Source of the DNA: an uncultured Ignavibacteria bacterium
GTDB lineage: Bacteria; Bacteroidota; Ignavibacteria; Tepidaquicellales; Tepidaquicellaceae
NCBI GenBank assembly: GCA_963806045.1
Contig: CAWDWP010000018.1
Span: forward strand, 2,068 to 66,067
Length of the DNA: 64,000 nucleotides
Direction: 5' to 3'
This document shows, piece after piece, positions 38,489 through 48,990 of the stretch. The notes under the pieces are model-generated. The model did no database searches. It was given only the letters and a program-made list of their open reading frames with translations, and had not been told where the DNA came from. How positions within the stretch are numbered: the first letter of the stretch is position 1; the number at the start of each line of letters is the position of its first letter. Position numbers and translations under genes: made by a program.

Positions 38489-39829
38489 ATGGCGGACGAA
38501 AAAAATGTTGTACAGGTAAACACAATTTCGAAAAAATCGAAGAAAAAAAAGAATAAAAAGGTACTCTGGATTGGTCTAATTGTCATCGTTTTATTAATTA
38601 TAATTGCCGTTGTCATATCAAGCAAAAAAGAGACAATAATTGAAGTCCAGACAGAAAAGATATCGAAAAGAAATATTACTCAAATTGTAACGGCGACAGG
38701 AAAAGTGCAGTCTGAAACAAAGGTGAATATTAGTGCTGAAGTTAGTGGTGAAATTGTATCACTTCCTTTGAAAGAAGGTGATGATGTTAATAAGGGTGCT
38801 TTACTTGTAAAAATCAGACCTGATGCATATTATCCCCAATTAAAACAGCAATATGCAGCAATGAAGGTGATGGAAAGCAATATTAAAGCTCAGGAAATAA
38901 ATCTTAAAAAATTTGAACTTGATTTGAATCGGATGAAAGAACTGTATAGTAAAGGCTTAGCTTCTTCAAGTGATTTAGAGACAGCTCAGACAAATTATGA
39001 TGGATCAGCTGCGCAAATTAATACTATACGTGCACAAATAAATCAGCAAAAAGCTTCACTATCATCTGTGGAATATGATTTATCAAAAACTACAATAAAT
39101 GCCCCTATGTCAGGTACCGTTACTCAGTTGAATAATGAATTAGGCGAAAAGGTATTGGGAACTAGTTTTAATATTGGTTCACAAATAATGACAATTTCGG
39201 ACTTATCAAAAATGGAATGTCAGGTCGATGTTGGGGAAACTGATGTAACTTATATAAAACTAGGAGATACAGCCCGAATCCAAATTGATGCATTTCCGGA
39301 CAGGGTGTTTACAGGTTATGTTTATGAAATAGCAAATACTGCTACCGCAAAAGGATTAGGAACGCAGGAGGAGGTAGTAAATTTTATAGTTAAAATCAGA
39401 ATATTTAATGAACAAGGATTTGATCTTAGGCCCGGAATGAGTTGTACAGTTGATATTGAAGTAAACAAAAAAGAGAATGTACTTACTGTGCCAATTCAAT
39501 CAGTAACAACAAGAGAAGATGAATCCAGTATGACAAATACTATCGCAAATGATAAAGATAAACCGGAAAACCTTACAAACACAAAAGAGGTAAAAAGTCA
39601 GAAGAAAAATAAACCCAAAGAAATAGTGTTTATAGTGGAAAATGGAATTGCAAAGCAGAAACTTGTAAAAACTGGAATTAGTGATGATACATACATTGAA
39701 GTAATAGAAGGACTTTCTGAAAATGAAGAAGTTGTGAAAGGAAGCTTTAAAGCAATTAATAAAGACCTGGAAAAAGACAGTAAAGTCAAAGTTAATAATG
39801 AAAAGAAAAAGATAACGGACAAACAATAA
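38489..39829 (+). CDS. Efflux periplasmic adaptor (HlyD/MacA-type membrane fusion protein)
   Basis: It has an N-terminal TM segment, a lipoyl-like 'SGEIVSLPLKEGDDVNKGALLVKI', a coiled-coil hairpin and 'APMSGTVT'. Confidence 0.85.
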   Translation: MADEKNVVQVNTISKKSKKKKNKKVLWIGLIVIVLLIIIAVVISSKKETIIEVQTEKISKRNITQIVTATGKVQSETKVNISAEVSGEIVSLPLKEGDDVNKGALLVKIRPDAYYPQLKQQYAAMKVMESNIKAQEINLKKFELDLNRMKELYSKGLASSSDLETAQTNYDGSAAQINTIRAQINQQKASLSSVEYDLSKTTINAPMSGTVTQLNNELGEKVLGTSFNIGSQIMTISDLSKMECQVDVGETDVTYIKLGDTARIQIDAFPDRVFTGYVYEIANTATAKGLGTQEEVVNFIVKIRIFNEQGFDLRPGMSCTVDIEVNKKENVLTVPIQSVTTREDESSMTNTIANDKDKPENLTNTKEVKSQKKNKPKEIVFIVENGIAKQKLVKTGISDDTYIEVIEGLSENEEVVKGSFKAINKDLEKDSKVKVNNEKKKITDKQ

Positions 39830-39859
39830 TTAATAATCGAAATTGAAATTTTACGAAGC

Positions 39860-40552
39860 ATGAAGTTAATAGAAATAAGAAACATCACAAAGATTTATGA
39901 AATGGGGGAAGAAAAATTATATGCTCTCAAAGGCGTGGACCTCGATATTGAGAAAAACGAATACTTAGCAATAATGGGACCTTCGGGTTCCGGCAAATCT
40001 ACATTGATGAATATTATTGGCTGTCTCGATACTCCCACTTCAGGTGATTATATACTTAATGGAAAAGATGTTCATGATATGGATGATGACGAACTCGCTG
40101 GCATCAGGAATAAAGAAATTGGTTTTGTTTTTCAAACATTTAATTTATTACCCAGGAGTGATGCACTTCATAATGTTGAATTACCTTTGATATATTCCGG
40201 TATATCCCGGGCTGAAAGAATTAGAAAAGCAGAAGAATCACTTGCTAGTGTTGGGTTAAGCGATAGAATGAAACATAAACCAAATGAATTATCCGGAGGA
40301 CAGCGTCAAAGAGTATCAGTTGCCAGAGCATTAGTAAATAATCCTTCAATAATTCTTGCTGATGAACCTACAGGTAATCTTGATACTAAAACCGGAGAAG
40401 AAATTATGGCATTAATGGCAGAATTAAATAAAAAAGGAAATACTATTATTATGGTAACACATGAAGAAGATATCGCGAAGCATGCACACAGAATTGTGAA
40501 AATAAGGGATGGAATGATTGAATCTGACAGCGGAAGGAAAATTCCTGAATAA
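39860..40552 (+). CDS. ABC transporter ATP-binding protein (MacB/LolD type)
   Basis: Walker A 'GPSGSGKST', signature 'LSGGQRQR' and Walker B '[11 protein letters not shown]' are present. Confidence 0.9.
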   Translation: MKLIEIRNITKIYEMGEEKLYALKGVDLDIEKNEYLAIMGPSGSGKSTLMNIIGCLDTPTSGDYILNGKDVHDMDDDELAGIRNKEIGFVFQTFNLLPRSDALHNVELPLIYSGISRAERIRKAEESLASVGLSDRMKHKPNELSGGQRQRVSVARALVNNPSIILADEPTGNLDTKTGEEIMALMAELNKKGNTIIMVTHEEDIAKHAHRIVKIRDGMIESDSGRKIPE

Positions 40553-40563
40553 TTAAATTGTAA

Positions 40564-41790
40564 ATGAATTTTTTATTTGAAATAAAAGAGAACATAATAA
40601 TATCCTATAAGGCAATTATCGCTCATAAGATGAGGTCTTTTCTTGCTACTCTGGGTATTGTTATTGGTATCACAGCTGTTACCCTGATGCAGACGGCGAT
40701 TGAAGGTATTAACAGGGCATTTGAAAGCAGTATAGCTTCTGTTGGAGCAGATGTTCTGTATATTCAAAAATTCGAATGGTTCGGTGGTCAGGATTTTGAA
40801 TTTTATCGAAACAGGAAAGATATTTCCATGTTGAATTATGAATATCTTAAAAATAATTCTACAACAGCCGATGTTGTTTGTCCTTCAGTAGGAACATCCC
40901 AGACATTACAATATGGAAGCCTGGATCTTGAAGGAGTATTCGTAATAGGTACAACAGATGAATATCAAAAAGCTCTAAGTGTTAATATGGATGACGGTAG
41001 ATTTTTCACATCAAAAGAATCTGAAGGCGGATATCCTATTTGCTTGATAGGTATGGATGTTAAGAATGCTTTTTTTCCGAACGTTAATCCTTTAGGAAAA
41101 GATATTAAAGTGGGTTCATATTCATTCAGGGTCATAGGAATATTGGAAAAACAGGGGAGTATGCTTGGGTTGTTTAGTATGGATAACAGGATTATCATTC
41201 CTATTGAAAGATTTTTTAAATTATTTGGAACTAAAAGAAGTCTTACAATTAATGTAAAAGCAACCGATGTAAAAAATCTGGATGAGACTAAAGAAGAAAT
41301 ATCTTCGATAATGCGAAAAGCCAGAAAAATACCCTTGGGGAAACGCGATGATTTTGGAGTAAATCAGCAATCCGCTTTTCGGGATACTTATAATCAACTT
41401 ACTTCATTAATAAAGATTATCGGGTTATTAATTACATCTTTATCTTTAGTAGTAGGGTCGGTTGGAATTGCAAATATTATGTTTGTTTCAGTAAAAGAAC
41501 GTACTAAAGAAATTGGCATTAGGAAAGCAATAGGTGCGAAACGAAGAACTATTCTGATGCAGTTTCTCGTAGAATCTTCCGTTATTTGTCTGATGGGAGG
41601 CATAATTGGAATAGGTATTGCCTTTCCTATTAGTTTGTTGATAGATGCTTTTGTACTACCTACAGCAATGCCATTGTGGGTTGTTGTGCTCGGACTTTTC
41701 ATATCATTATTATTTGGAGTTTTATCTGGATTTTTCCCGGCTTACAATGCAGCAAAAATGGATCCTGTAGATTCATTAAGGTATGAATAA
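40564..41790 (+). CDS. ABC transporter permease (MacB_PCD + FtsX domains)
   Basis: It has an N-terminal TM segment, a large periplasmic domain and a C-terminal FtsX module, 'ERTKEIGIRKAIGAKRR...DPVDSLRYE'. Confidence 0.9.
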   Translation: MNFLFEIKENIIISYKAIIAHKMRSFLATLGIVIGITAVTLMQTAIEGINRAFESSIASVGADVLYIQKFEWFGGQDFEFYRNRKDISMLNYEYLKNNSTTADVVCPSVGTSQTLQYGSLDLEGVFVIGTTDEYQKALSVNMDDGRFFTSKESEGGYPICLIGMDVKNAFFPNVNPLGKDIKVGSYSFRVIGILEKQGSMLGLFSMDNRIIIPIERFFKLFGTKRSLTINVKATDVKNLDETKEEISSIMRKARKIPLGKRDDFGVNQQSAFRDTYNQLTSLIKIIGLLITSLSLVVGSVGIANIMFVSVKERTKEIGIRKAIGAKRRTILMQFLVESSVICLMGGIIGIGIAFPISLLIDAFVLPTAMPLWVVVLGLFISLLFGVLSGFFPAYNAAKMDPVDSLRYE

Positions 41791-41805
41791 TTAAATAAAA
41801 TAATT

Positions 41806-43038
41806 TTGGTAATTAGCGAAACAATAAAATTATCCATTAATACTATCAGAGAGAATAAGCTTAGAGCAATTCTTACTCTTGCCGGGATTACAATTGGTGT
41901 TTTCTCAATTATTGCTATTATGACTTTGCTTGATGCACTACAAGCAGGTATAGAAGGTGGATTAAGTCAGCTTGGCAGTAATACATTTCAGGTTCAAAAG
42001 TTTCCTGCAATGAATTTTGGAGATCCTCACCGGAAAGCCAAATATCGCAACAGACAGGACATCACTTATGAACAGGGACTAAGGTTGATTGAAAAATCTA
42101 CATTGCCTAAATATATTTCTCTTGAATACTGGAAAGGTGGAAAAGTTTTTAAATACGGGCAAGATGCTACGAATCCAAATATGGGGATCTGCGGTGCTCT
42201 GATGGACTTTCTTCCATGTAATACTTATGTTGTTAAAGAAGGAAGAATGTTTACTGAAAATGAAATGAATAGTGCTGAGAGTGTAACAGTTATTGGTATG
42301 GAAGTCGTGAATAAGCTTTTTCCCAAACTGAATCCGATTGGGAAGAAAATAATTATGGATAAAAATGAATTCACAATAATAGGTATTCTTGAACCGAAAG
42401 GTGAAAGTTTCGGACAAAGTCAGGATAATTTAGCTTTAATCCCAATTACACGAATGATTCAGATTTATGGCAAATCTGATTATTCTTTAAATATAGCTAT
42501 ACAGGCAAGGAGCAAAGATTTATACAATGAAACTGTAGAACAGGTTGTAAGTATTATGAGGGTGATTAGAAATGTCAAACCAGGAGAGGAAAGTAATTTT
42601 GAGATATTTTCAAATGAATCCTTAATTAATTCAGTTAATAGTTTTACTAAATATTTTAAATACGGTGCAGGATTTATTTCATTCATTGCATTGCTGGCTG
42701 CAGGAATCGGGATAATGAATATTATGCTGGTATCTGTGACTGAAAGAACAAGAGAAATCGGTATCAGAAAAGCAATCGGTGCTAAAAGTAGTAATATATT
42801 AACTCAATTCCTTGTGGAGGCAATAATCTTATGCCAGATTGGAGGAATCGCAGGAATTTTATTAGGTGTTACCGCGGGGAATCTTCTTGGTACATATCTT
42901 AATACAAAAGTAGTTATACCAATAGATTGGGTTATTATCGGATTAGTTATATGCACAATGGTTGGAGTAATTTTCGGGGTTTATCCGGCATATAAAGCTG
43001 CAAAATTAAACCCAATTGATGCTCTAAGATATGAGTGA
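41806..43038 (+). CDS. ABC transporter permease (MacB_PCD + FtsX), paralogue of the preceding gene
   Basis: It has 'ERTREIGIRKAIGAKSS...NPIDALRYE'. The start codon is TTG. Confidence 0.9.
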   Translation: MVISETIKLSINTIRENKLRAILTLAGITIGVFSIIAIMTLLDALQAGIEGGLSQLGSNTFQVQKFPAMNFGDPHRKAKYRNRQDITYEQGLRLIEKSTLPKYISLEYWKGGKVFKYGQDATNPNMGICGALMDFLPCNTYVVKEGRMFTENEMNSAESVTVIGMEVVNKLFPKLNPIGKKIIMDKNEFTIIGILEPKGESFGQSQDNLALIPITRMIQIYGKSDYSLNIAIQARSKDLYNETVEQVVSIMRVIRNVKPGEESNFEIFSNESLINSVNSFTKYFKYGAGFISFIALLAAGIGIMNIMLVSVTERTREIGIRKAIGAKSSNILTQFLVEAIILCQIGGIAGILLGVTAGNLLGTYLNTKVVIPIDWVIIGLVICTMVGVIFGVYPAYKAAKLNPIDALRYE

Positions 43039-44025
43039 TAACATCTTTTTGTGGTCAATTAAATCTTCTAAAAATTGTTTTAAAAATTTGTCCTGAATAT
43101 TTGGAATTATATCTTCAATTCTATCAAAAGCTTTCAATGTCTTTTTAATAAATATTTTATTTTCTGTAACCGAAAAACTGTACCCATAACTACCTAACAT
43201 TTGTATTAATCTAGCTGCCGAAATTATGTAAAAATTCTCACTAAAATGATTTTTATTAATAGAAATCCTTTGGGATAGATTATTCAAATAAAATTCATAG
43301 AGCTTTTTTCTTTCGAGTTTAGTTAATTTGATACTTCCGGAATAAAGAAATGAAGCAAGGTCATATTGTAACGGACCTTTTCTTCCGGATTGATAATCTA
43401 TATAATAAAGCTTTCGGTTTTTTACCATAATATTCCTTGGCTGAAAATCCCTGTACATAAAGTATTGTATCTTGTCTTTGCTTATTATTTTGTCAAAATA
43501 ATAGGACAAAGTATCGATTACTTTTTTAGGAAATTTATATTTGATAATGTTGCCGGTAAAAAAATCATAAAATTTTTGCAGATCCAAGTATATCTGAGTT
43601 TTATTAAATGCACTGGTTTGGTAGCAAAATTTATAATCAATAACTTTATCTCCTTTTAATTGAATATCAATTAAATCATTCAATGCATTTTTATAAAGCA
43701 GGAATTTATCGTTAGAAACCTCATATTTTCTACTCGATACATATTCCTGCAAATTGTATTTTCCTAAATCCTCTTCAAGGTAATATTCGTAATTTTTTAG
43801 ACAAGAATATATTAAAGGAACTTTTAACTGAATTGATTTAAGTGCTATAGAAAACTTTAAGAAAGCTATGTTTTCCTCAGTATTTTTATTATGTATCCCA
43901 ATACACGTAAATTTTCCGGATTTTATCCGAAAAATCTTTCTTTCCGATGAATGTGAACTTAATTTCGTAATTTCATCAATATCTTTATCAAAAGTATTTT
44001 CAAATAATTTTAGTAATGGTTCCAT
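43024..44025 (-). CDS. APH-family phosphotransferase (kinase-like fold; AmgK/choline-kinase-like)
   Basis: 'YRDFQPRNIMV' (catalytic loop) and 'YIDYQSG' (DxD-equivalent) are present. The substrate is unknown. Confidence 0.65.
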   Translation of the reverse strand: MEPLLKLFENTFDKDIDEITKLSSHSSERKIFRIKSGKFTCIGIHNKNTEENIAFLKFSIALKSIQLKVPLIYSCLKNYEYYLEEDLGKYNLQEYVSSRKYEVSNDKFLLYKNALNDLIDIQLKGDKVIDYKFCYQTSAFNKTQIYLDLQKFYDFFTGNIIKYKFPKKVIDTLSYYFDKIISKDKIQYFMYRDFQPRNIMVKNRKLYYIDYQSGRKGPLQYDLASFLYSGSIKLTKLERKKLYEFYLNNLSQRISINKNHFSENFYIISAARLIQMLGSYGYSFSVTENKIFIKKTLKAFDRIEDIIPNIQDKFLKQFLEDLIDHKKMLSLIS

Positions 44026-44026
44026 T

Positions 44027-44947
44027 CTATATCAATATTAAATTTCTTAAAGCATCGTTTAAATGTGCGAACTGAAACTTGAAATTTAAATCCAAAAGTC
44101 TTTGTGGCAAAACCTTTTGCCCATTAAGAATCGAGGTTGCAAATTCTCCAAGAAGAATTCTTAAAATTAATCCAGGGACAGGAAATATGGAAGGTCTTCT
44201 CATAATTTTACCTATGGTTTTAGAAAACTCCTTATTCGTAACTGGTTTCGGTGAAACACAATTTATAATTCCATCCAAATTCCGGTCGATAATCGATTTA
44301 TTAATAATTGATATTAAATCTGCAATATGAATCCATGGCATCCATTGATTTCCATTTCCCTGATATCCGCCAATAAAATATTTATATGGAATTAGGAATT
44401 TTCTTAATGCACCGCTATTTCTGCTTAATACAATTCCTGTTCGTAAAATTACGGTTTTAATTCCCTTATCATTCGCTTTTAATGCTTCTTTTTCCCAATC
44501 AACACAAAGTTTTGCAAGAAAATCATTCCCCGGTTGTGAATTTTCATTAAGTTCTTCATCTTTTCTGAAACCATAAATTCCGGTTGCAGATATATTAATA
44601 AAAGTTTTTGGTTTAGTATCTCTCTGTCCAATTGATTCAATAATATTTTTAGTTATTTCTATTCTGCTGTCATATAGGATTTTCTTGTAATTCTTCGTCC
44701 ATCTCTTACCCGCAATTGATGCTCCTGCCAGATTTATAATAATCTCACAGTCTTTAAGATCTTCAATATACTTGTTATAGCTATTATATTTAATAATCCT
44801 AAAATTGCTTTGATTACTCACATTCTGGATACTTGGAGAATCTGATCTTGTATAAATATAAAATAAGTAATCTTCAAAGTCTTTGTTACTGATGATTGAA
44901 GTCCCAATTAATCCTGTTCCTCCGAATATTCCTATTATCGTTTTCAA
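44027..44947 (-). CDS. TIGR01777/YfcH-type NAD-dependent epimerase-family protein (with DUF1731 C-terminus)
   Basis: It has 'IFGGTGLIGTSI' and a C-terminal 'GQKVLPQRLLDLNFKFQFAHLNDAL'. Confidence 0.8.
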   Translation of the reverse strand: MKTIIGIFGGTGLIGTSIISNKDFEDYLFYIYTRSDSPSIQNVSNQSNFRIIKYNSYNKYIEDLKDCEIIINLAGASIAGKRWTKNYKKILYDSRIEITKNIIESIGQRDTKPKTFINISATGIYGFRKDEELNENSQPGNDFLAKLCVDWEKEALKANDKGIKTVILRTGIVLSRNSGALRKFLIPYKYFIGGYQGNGNQWMPWIHIADLISIINKSIIDRNLDGIINCVSPKPVTNKEFSKTIGKIMRRPSIFPVPGLILRILLGEFATSILNGQKVLPQRLLDLNFKFQFAHLNDALRNLILI

Positions 44948-44950
44948 TAA

Positions 44951-45694
44951 TTAATAAAGTACTTTTTCAAGGAACAAACCGGATGGGGGAGCAGTGTATT
45001 TTGACGGTTCATTCGAATATTTTTCAAAAAACTTTTTAATATCGTTTTCATTCATATTACCTCTTCCAACCTCGACTAAAATTCCTACTATTCTTCGGAC
45101 CATTTTCCAAAGGAAATGCGACCCTTTAATTCTTATCATAATTATACTTCCATTTTCCTCAACCGTTATGTCATCAACTAAGACTTTTGTTGATTCCAAA
45201 ACTGCATTTTTATCCGAAAATGATTTAAAATCTTTGAATCCTTTAAAAATATCCGAAGACAATTTCATCTTATTCGTGTCAAGTTCGTCCTTTATCCACC
45301 AGACATATTTTTTTTCAAACGCAGTTCTTTTTTTTGAAATTCTATAAACATATTGCCTGGATTTAGCTGAGTGCCTGGCGTGAAAATCATTTCTGATTTT
45401 ATCAATTTTAATGATATTAATATCAGAAGAGAGTTCATCGTTGATTTTCATTCTCAGAATTTCAGGAGCAAGTGTTGTATCACAATCAAGATGAGCAACT
45501 TGTTCATATGCATGAACTCCTGCGTCAGTTCTGCCGGACCCCTGGAGATCTATAAACTTTCCTTTTCCTTTTGTTTGTTCAAATACTTTCTTTACCGCAA
45601 TAATTAAAGACTCTTGAATGCTCCTTGAATTATTCTGCTTCTGCCACCCGGAATATCTGGTACCGTCATATTCCAGTATCATTTTATATCTCAT
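44951..45694 (-). CDS. truA: tRNA pseudouridine(38-40) synthase
   Basis: It has 'YDGTRYSGWQKQ' and 'GSGRTDAGVHA' (catalytic Asp). Confidence 0.9.
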   Translation of the reverse strand: MRYKMILEYDGTRYSGWQKQNNSRSIQESLIIAVKKVFEQTKGKGKFIDLQGSGRTDAGVHAYEQVAHLDCDTTLAPEILRMKINDELSSDINIIKIDKIRNDFHARHSAKSRQYVYRISKKRTAFEKKYVWWIKDELDTNKMKLSSDIFKGFKDFKSFSDKNAVLESTKVLVDDITVEENGSIIMIRIKGSHFLWKMVRRIVGILVEVGRGNMNENDIKKFFEKYSNEPSKYTAPPSGLFLEKVLY

Positions 45695-45701
45695 CTCAAT
45701 A

Positions 45702-46490
45702 CTATTTTAATTTATTAAGGAATGTGAAAATAGCATTATTGAAGAATTCAGGATTTTCAATATTCGGTAAATGTGCAGCCCCGGGAACGATGATAACATC
45801 AGAATTCCTTAGATTCTTATTCATATTATAAGCATATTTTATGGGAATCAAGATATCTTTTTCGCCTACCATTATTAAAGCCGGAACATTAATATTTTTC
45901 AGTTTCTCAAGAGTGTCTATTCTCGTTGCAATTGCGATTTGAGCTCCGCAGATTCCTTCAGGACTTTGTTCCTGCATAATATTATTCAAGAAATTATATA
46001 TTTCCTGATTTTCAAAACTTTCTTCGGTGATTAATTTTTTAATGAAGTTTTTTAAAAAATCACCCCGACCATTATTTTTTATCTGAATTATTGATTGTGA
46101 GCGGTTAATTAAAGCATCATTGTCATCCGCTTCAGCTTTTGTATCAGAAAGTATAACAGCTCTGAATCGTTCCGGATTTTTTGTTAATGCTCTTAAGATT
46201 ATGTAACCCCCCATCGATAAACCACAAGCTGAAATCGTTCCCAATCCCAGATTATCGATAACGGAGAAAAAATCATTCACAAAAGTCTCCATCATATATT
46301 GATAATCGCTGACTTTACTTTCACCCAAACCACGGATATCGTAAGTAAACACATGGTACTTATTTTGAAAATATTCTACCTGTTTTTTCCACATTTTACT
46401 TGATAATGGGAAAGCATGAACAAAAATCAAAGGTTCTTTATCTCCCCCACAATCAAAAACCCCGAGATTATTTATTTTTAATGAATTCAT
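45702..46490 (-). CDS. Alpha/beta hydrolase
   Basis: It has 'FVHAFPLSSKMW', 'GLSMGG' and a C-terminal 'GAAHLPNIE'. Confidence 0.8.
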   Translation of the reverse strand: MNSLKINNLGVFDCGGDKEPLIFVHAFPLSSKMWKKQVEYFQNKYHVFTYDIRGLGESKVSDYQYMMETFVNDFFSVIDNLGLGTISACGLSMGGYIILRALTKNPERFRAVILSDTKAEADDNDALINRSQSIIQIKNNGRGDFLKNFIKKLITEESFENQEIYNFLNNIMQEQSPEGICGAQIAIATRIDTLEKLKNINVPALIMVGEKDILIPIKYAYNMNKNLRNSDVIIVPGAAHLPNIENPEFFNNAIFTFLNKLK

Positions 46491-46765
46491 ATTATACTGA
46501 TTTATGATTTATGTAACAAAAAAGACTGGCTTTTAATAATCCACAAGAATACAAATATGATTTTCCATGAATCGAGTTTTAATAATTGTAGATTTTTGGT
46601 TTATATTTGATATATCCATTGATTTTTTTAATTTATTTAATTTAAAAGTATATTGTCAAGAAATAAAATTTGAAAATAGAATAAAAAATTACTTTATTTT
46701 CTGATAAATTTTAATGATATTTACAATTCCATTAATAACAATTTATAAAATAAAAAACAAAAAAA

Positions 46766-47275
46766 ATGTTCAAAACAAAATTTATTGCACTATTAGTAAT
46801 AGTAGCTGCATTATTTGCTCTATCTTCCAGTTTATCAGCTAAAGAATTACCTGGTGATTTAGCCGGAAAAAAAGCTGATTATCTTTACAAAAAATTAGGC
46901 CTTTCAATGGATCAATATACAAAAACTTATCAGGCTTTTTTAGCTTATGAGTTTAAAGTTGATGATAACATGAAACAAACCAAAAAAGACAAAGCCGCAT
47001 ATAAAGATGCCAATTCAAAAGCAAAAACTGCATTAGTTGGTGAATTAGGAAAAGTCTTCACTAAAGATCAAGCACCCAAATTCGAAACGATGAAAGATAA
47101 AGTAGTCGATATGAAGTTCAAGAAAAGAGTTAAAAAAATGACAACTGAAGGAACTGAGAAAAAAGATGAGACTAAAAAAGAAGAACCTAAGAAAGATGTA
47201 AAAAAAGACACTAAAAAAGAAACTAAAAAAGAAGAGCCTAAAAAAGAAGTAAAAAAAGACGAAAAGAAGAAATAA
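46766..47275 (+). CDS. Secreted protein with an extremely Lys/Glu-rich repetitive tail
   Basis: It has a signal peptide ('...SSSLSAKE') and a tail 'KKDETKKEEPKKDVKKDTKKETKKEEPKKEVKKDEKKK'. Confidence 0.55.
   Translation: MFKTKFIALLVIVAALFALSSSLSAKELPGDLAGKKADYLYKKLGLSMDQYTKTYQAFLAYEFKVDDNMKQTKKDKAAYKDANSKAKTALVGELGKVFTKDQAPKFETMKDKVVDMKFKKRVKKMTTEGTEKKDETKKEEPKKDVKKDTKKETKKEEPKKEVKKDEKKK
47171..47260 (+). repeat. Two 39-nt near-identical coding repeats (3 mismatches) separated by a 12-nt partial copy
   Basis: The copies are actaaaaaagaagaacctaagaaagatgtaaaaaaagac and actaaaaaagaagagcctaaaaaagaagtaaaaaaagac, encoding TKKEEPKK(D/E)VKKD. Confidence 0.7.
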
Positions 47276-47304
47276 TTAAGTAATTATAAATTCTTGGAAT
47301 TTTC

Positions 47305-47331
47305 AGGGGCTTTTAACAAGCCCCTTTTTTT
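47305..47331. terminator. Bidirectional intrinsic terminator
   Basis: The hairpin is aggggctt-ttaac-aagcccct followed by a T-run, between convergent genes. Confidence 0.75.
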
Positions 47332-47348
47332 ATTTATCCGGATTTAAT

Positions 47349-48989
47349 TTACATTCTTCCCGGTGCCGAAATTCCAATTATACTGAAACCATTAAATAAT
47401 ACCTGCTTTGTCATTTGGCATAAACATAATCTTTGCAAGGTCAGTTCGTCGCTTCCCGAATTTAATACTCTATGATTATGGTAAAACTTATGGAAATTCT
47501 CAGCAAGAGAGTTCAGATAAGTAATTAATTTATGTGGTTCGAAAGTAGAAGAACATATTTTTACCTCTTCGGGGAATCTAACCAAATTCTTGATTAAGTC
47601 TATTTCTTCTTCCGAAGTTAATAAATTCAGTTTAAGATTTTCATATTTTTTTGGTAGATCAATATCTTGTACATTTCTTAAAATACCTGAGATTCTTGCA
47701 TATGCATATTGCAGATAGTAAACAGGATTTTTATCTGACTGTTCTTTAGCAAGTGCAATATCAAAAACTAAATGAGTATTTGCACTGCGCATCACAAAAA
47801 AGAATTGTGTCGCATCAACACCTACATCTTCTAATAAATCATTTAAATAATAAACCTTATCGTTTCTTTTACTCATTTTAACCGATTTATCACCTTCTTT
47901 GAAAGTAACCATTTGATGAATAATGACTTTAATATTATCAATTTCAAATCCTGACTTATTGACGCCATATAAAACTTCTTTGTAGGTTTCTTTATGGTCA
48001 GATCCAAAAATATCCACTATCAAATCGAATCCGCGCTTAATTTTATTTATATGATATGCAATATCAGGTAATCTGTAAGTATATTCTCCGGTTGATTTTA
48101 TGATGACTTTATCGTCCGGAATTCCGTCTTTTTCAGGCATTTTCAGCCAAACAGCTCCGTCTTTTTCATAACATAGATTCATTTCTCTAAATATCTTTAA
48201 CAATTTCTCTATTTCACCATTTTCATATAATGATGTTTCCGAAAAGAAAATGTCATGCAGTACTCCAAGTTTTTCAAGAGATTTTTTGATTTTTTCAAAA
48301 TTAAATTCTTCACCAACTTTTTGAAAAAAATAAAGATCATCAATATCTATTTCCGATTTGGAATATTTATTTATTATTTTATCTGCAATCTCAATCACTG
48401 AATCGGAATGGTATCCGTCTTCAGGGAATGGGTAATCAGGTTTACCCGTTTTTTGAATATATCTGGCTCTTACTGATTCTGATAACTTTTTCATCTGGTT
48501 ACCGGCATCATTATAATAATATTCGCGAGTAACCTTATACCCAGTCCACTCTAATAAATTAGCTATAGCTTTACCAAGACATATCTGTCTTCCATGTCCC
48601 GCATGCAATAATCCTGTCGGATTAGCACTAACCCATTCAAGATTAGCAGTTTTATTTGCATTTATATTGCTTTTTCCGAAATTCTTTGATTCTTTCAGAA
48701 TTTTCATTGCTTCTCCTGTGTAATATTCATCCTTAACAAAAAAATTAATAAATCCTGAACCGGCAATTTCGATTTTTTGAAAAAAATCGTCTTTAGTTTT
48801 AATTTCAAATAAAATTATTTCTGCCAATTCTTTTGGATTTTTTTTTAATTGCTTTGATAAAATTAATGATACATTGCAGCTGAAATCTCCGAATTTTTTT
48901 TCTTTAGTATATTCAACCTGAAAATCCACTTCCGGGTAATTCAGATTTTTTAAAGTATTCTGTATCAGGTTAGTAATTAAATTTTTCAT
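47349..48989 (-). CDS. argS: Arginyl-tRNA synthetase
   Basis: It has 'SANPTGLLHAGHGR' (HIGH-like) and 'MSKRNDK' (KMSK), ending in 'M'. I chose the start at the ATG at 48989, immediately after the upstream gene's stop at 48991. The longer ORF to 49091 overlaps that gene. Confidence 0.95.
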   Translation of the reverse strand: MKNLITNLIQNTLKNLNYPEVDFQVEYTKEKKFGDFSCNVSLILSKQLKKNPKELAEIILFEIKTKDDFFQKIEIAGSGFINFFVKDEYYTGEAMKILKESKNFGKSNINANKTANLEWVSANPTGLLHAGHGRQICLGKAIANLLEWTGYKVTREYYYNDAGNQMKKLSESVRARYIQKTGKPDYPFPEDGYHSDSVIEIADKIINKYSKSEIDIDDLYFFQKVGEEFNFEKIKKSLEKLGVLHDIFFSETSLYENGEIEKLLKIFREMNLCYEKDGAVWLKMPEKDGIPDDKVIIKSTGEYTYRLPDIAYHINKIKRGFDLIVDIFGSDHKETYKEVLYGVNKSGFEIDNIKVIIHQMVTFKEGDKSVKMSKRNDKVYYLNDLLEDVGVDATQFFFVMRSANTHLVFDIALAKEQSDKNPVYYLQYAYARISGILRNVQDIDLPKKYENLKLNLLTSEEEIDLIKNLVRFPEEVKICSSTFEPHKLITYLNSLAENFHKFYHNHRVLNSGSDELTLQRLCLCQMTKQVLFNGFSIIGISAPGRM

Positions 48990-48990
48990 A

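Noticed and set aside
37139-43038. The TolC-MFP-ATPase-permease-permease operon as a novel system.
   Set aside because: It has the standard MacAB-TolC-type tripartite efflux architecture with duplicated FtsX permeases, which is common in FCB bacteria.
47171-47260. A-rich direct repeats as a possible CRISPR or other non-coding array.
   Set aside because: The repeats are in-frame coding repeats of the Lys-rich tail. They have no spacer architecture and no cas genes. I found no CRISPR-like array anywhere in the window.
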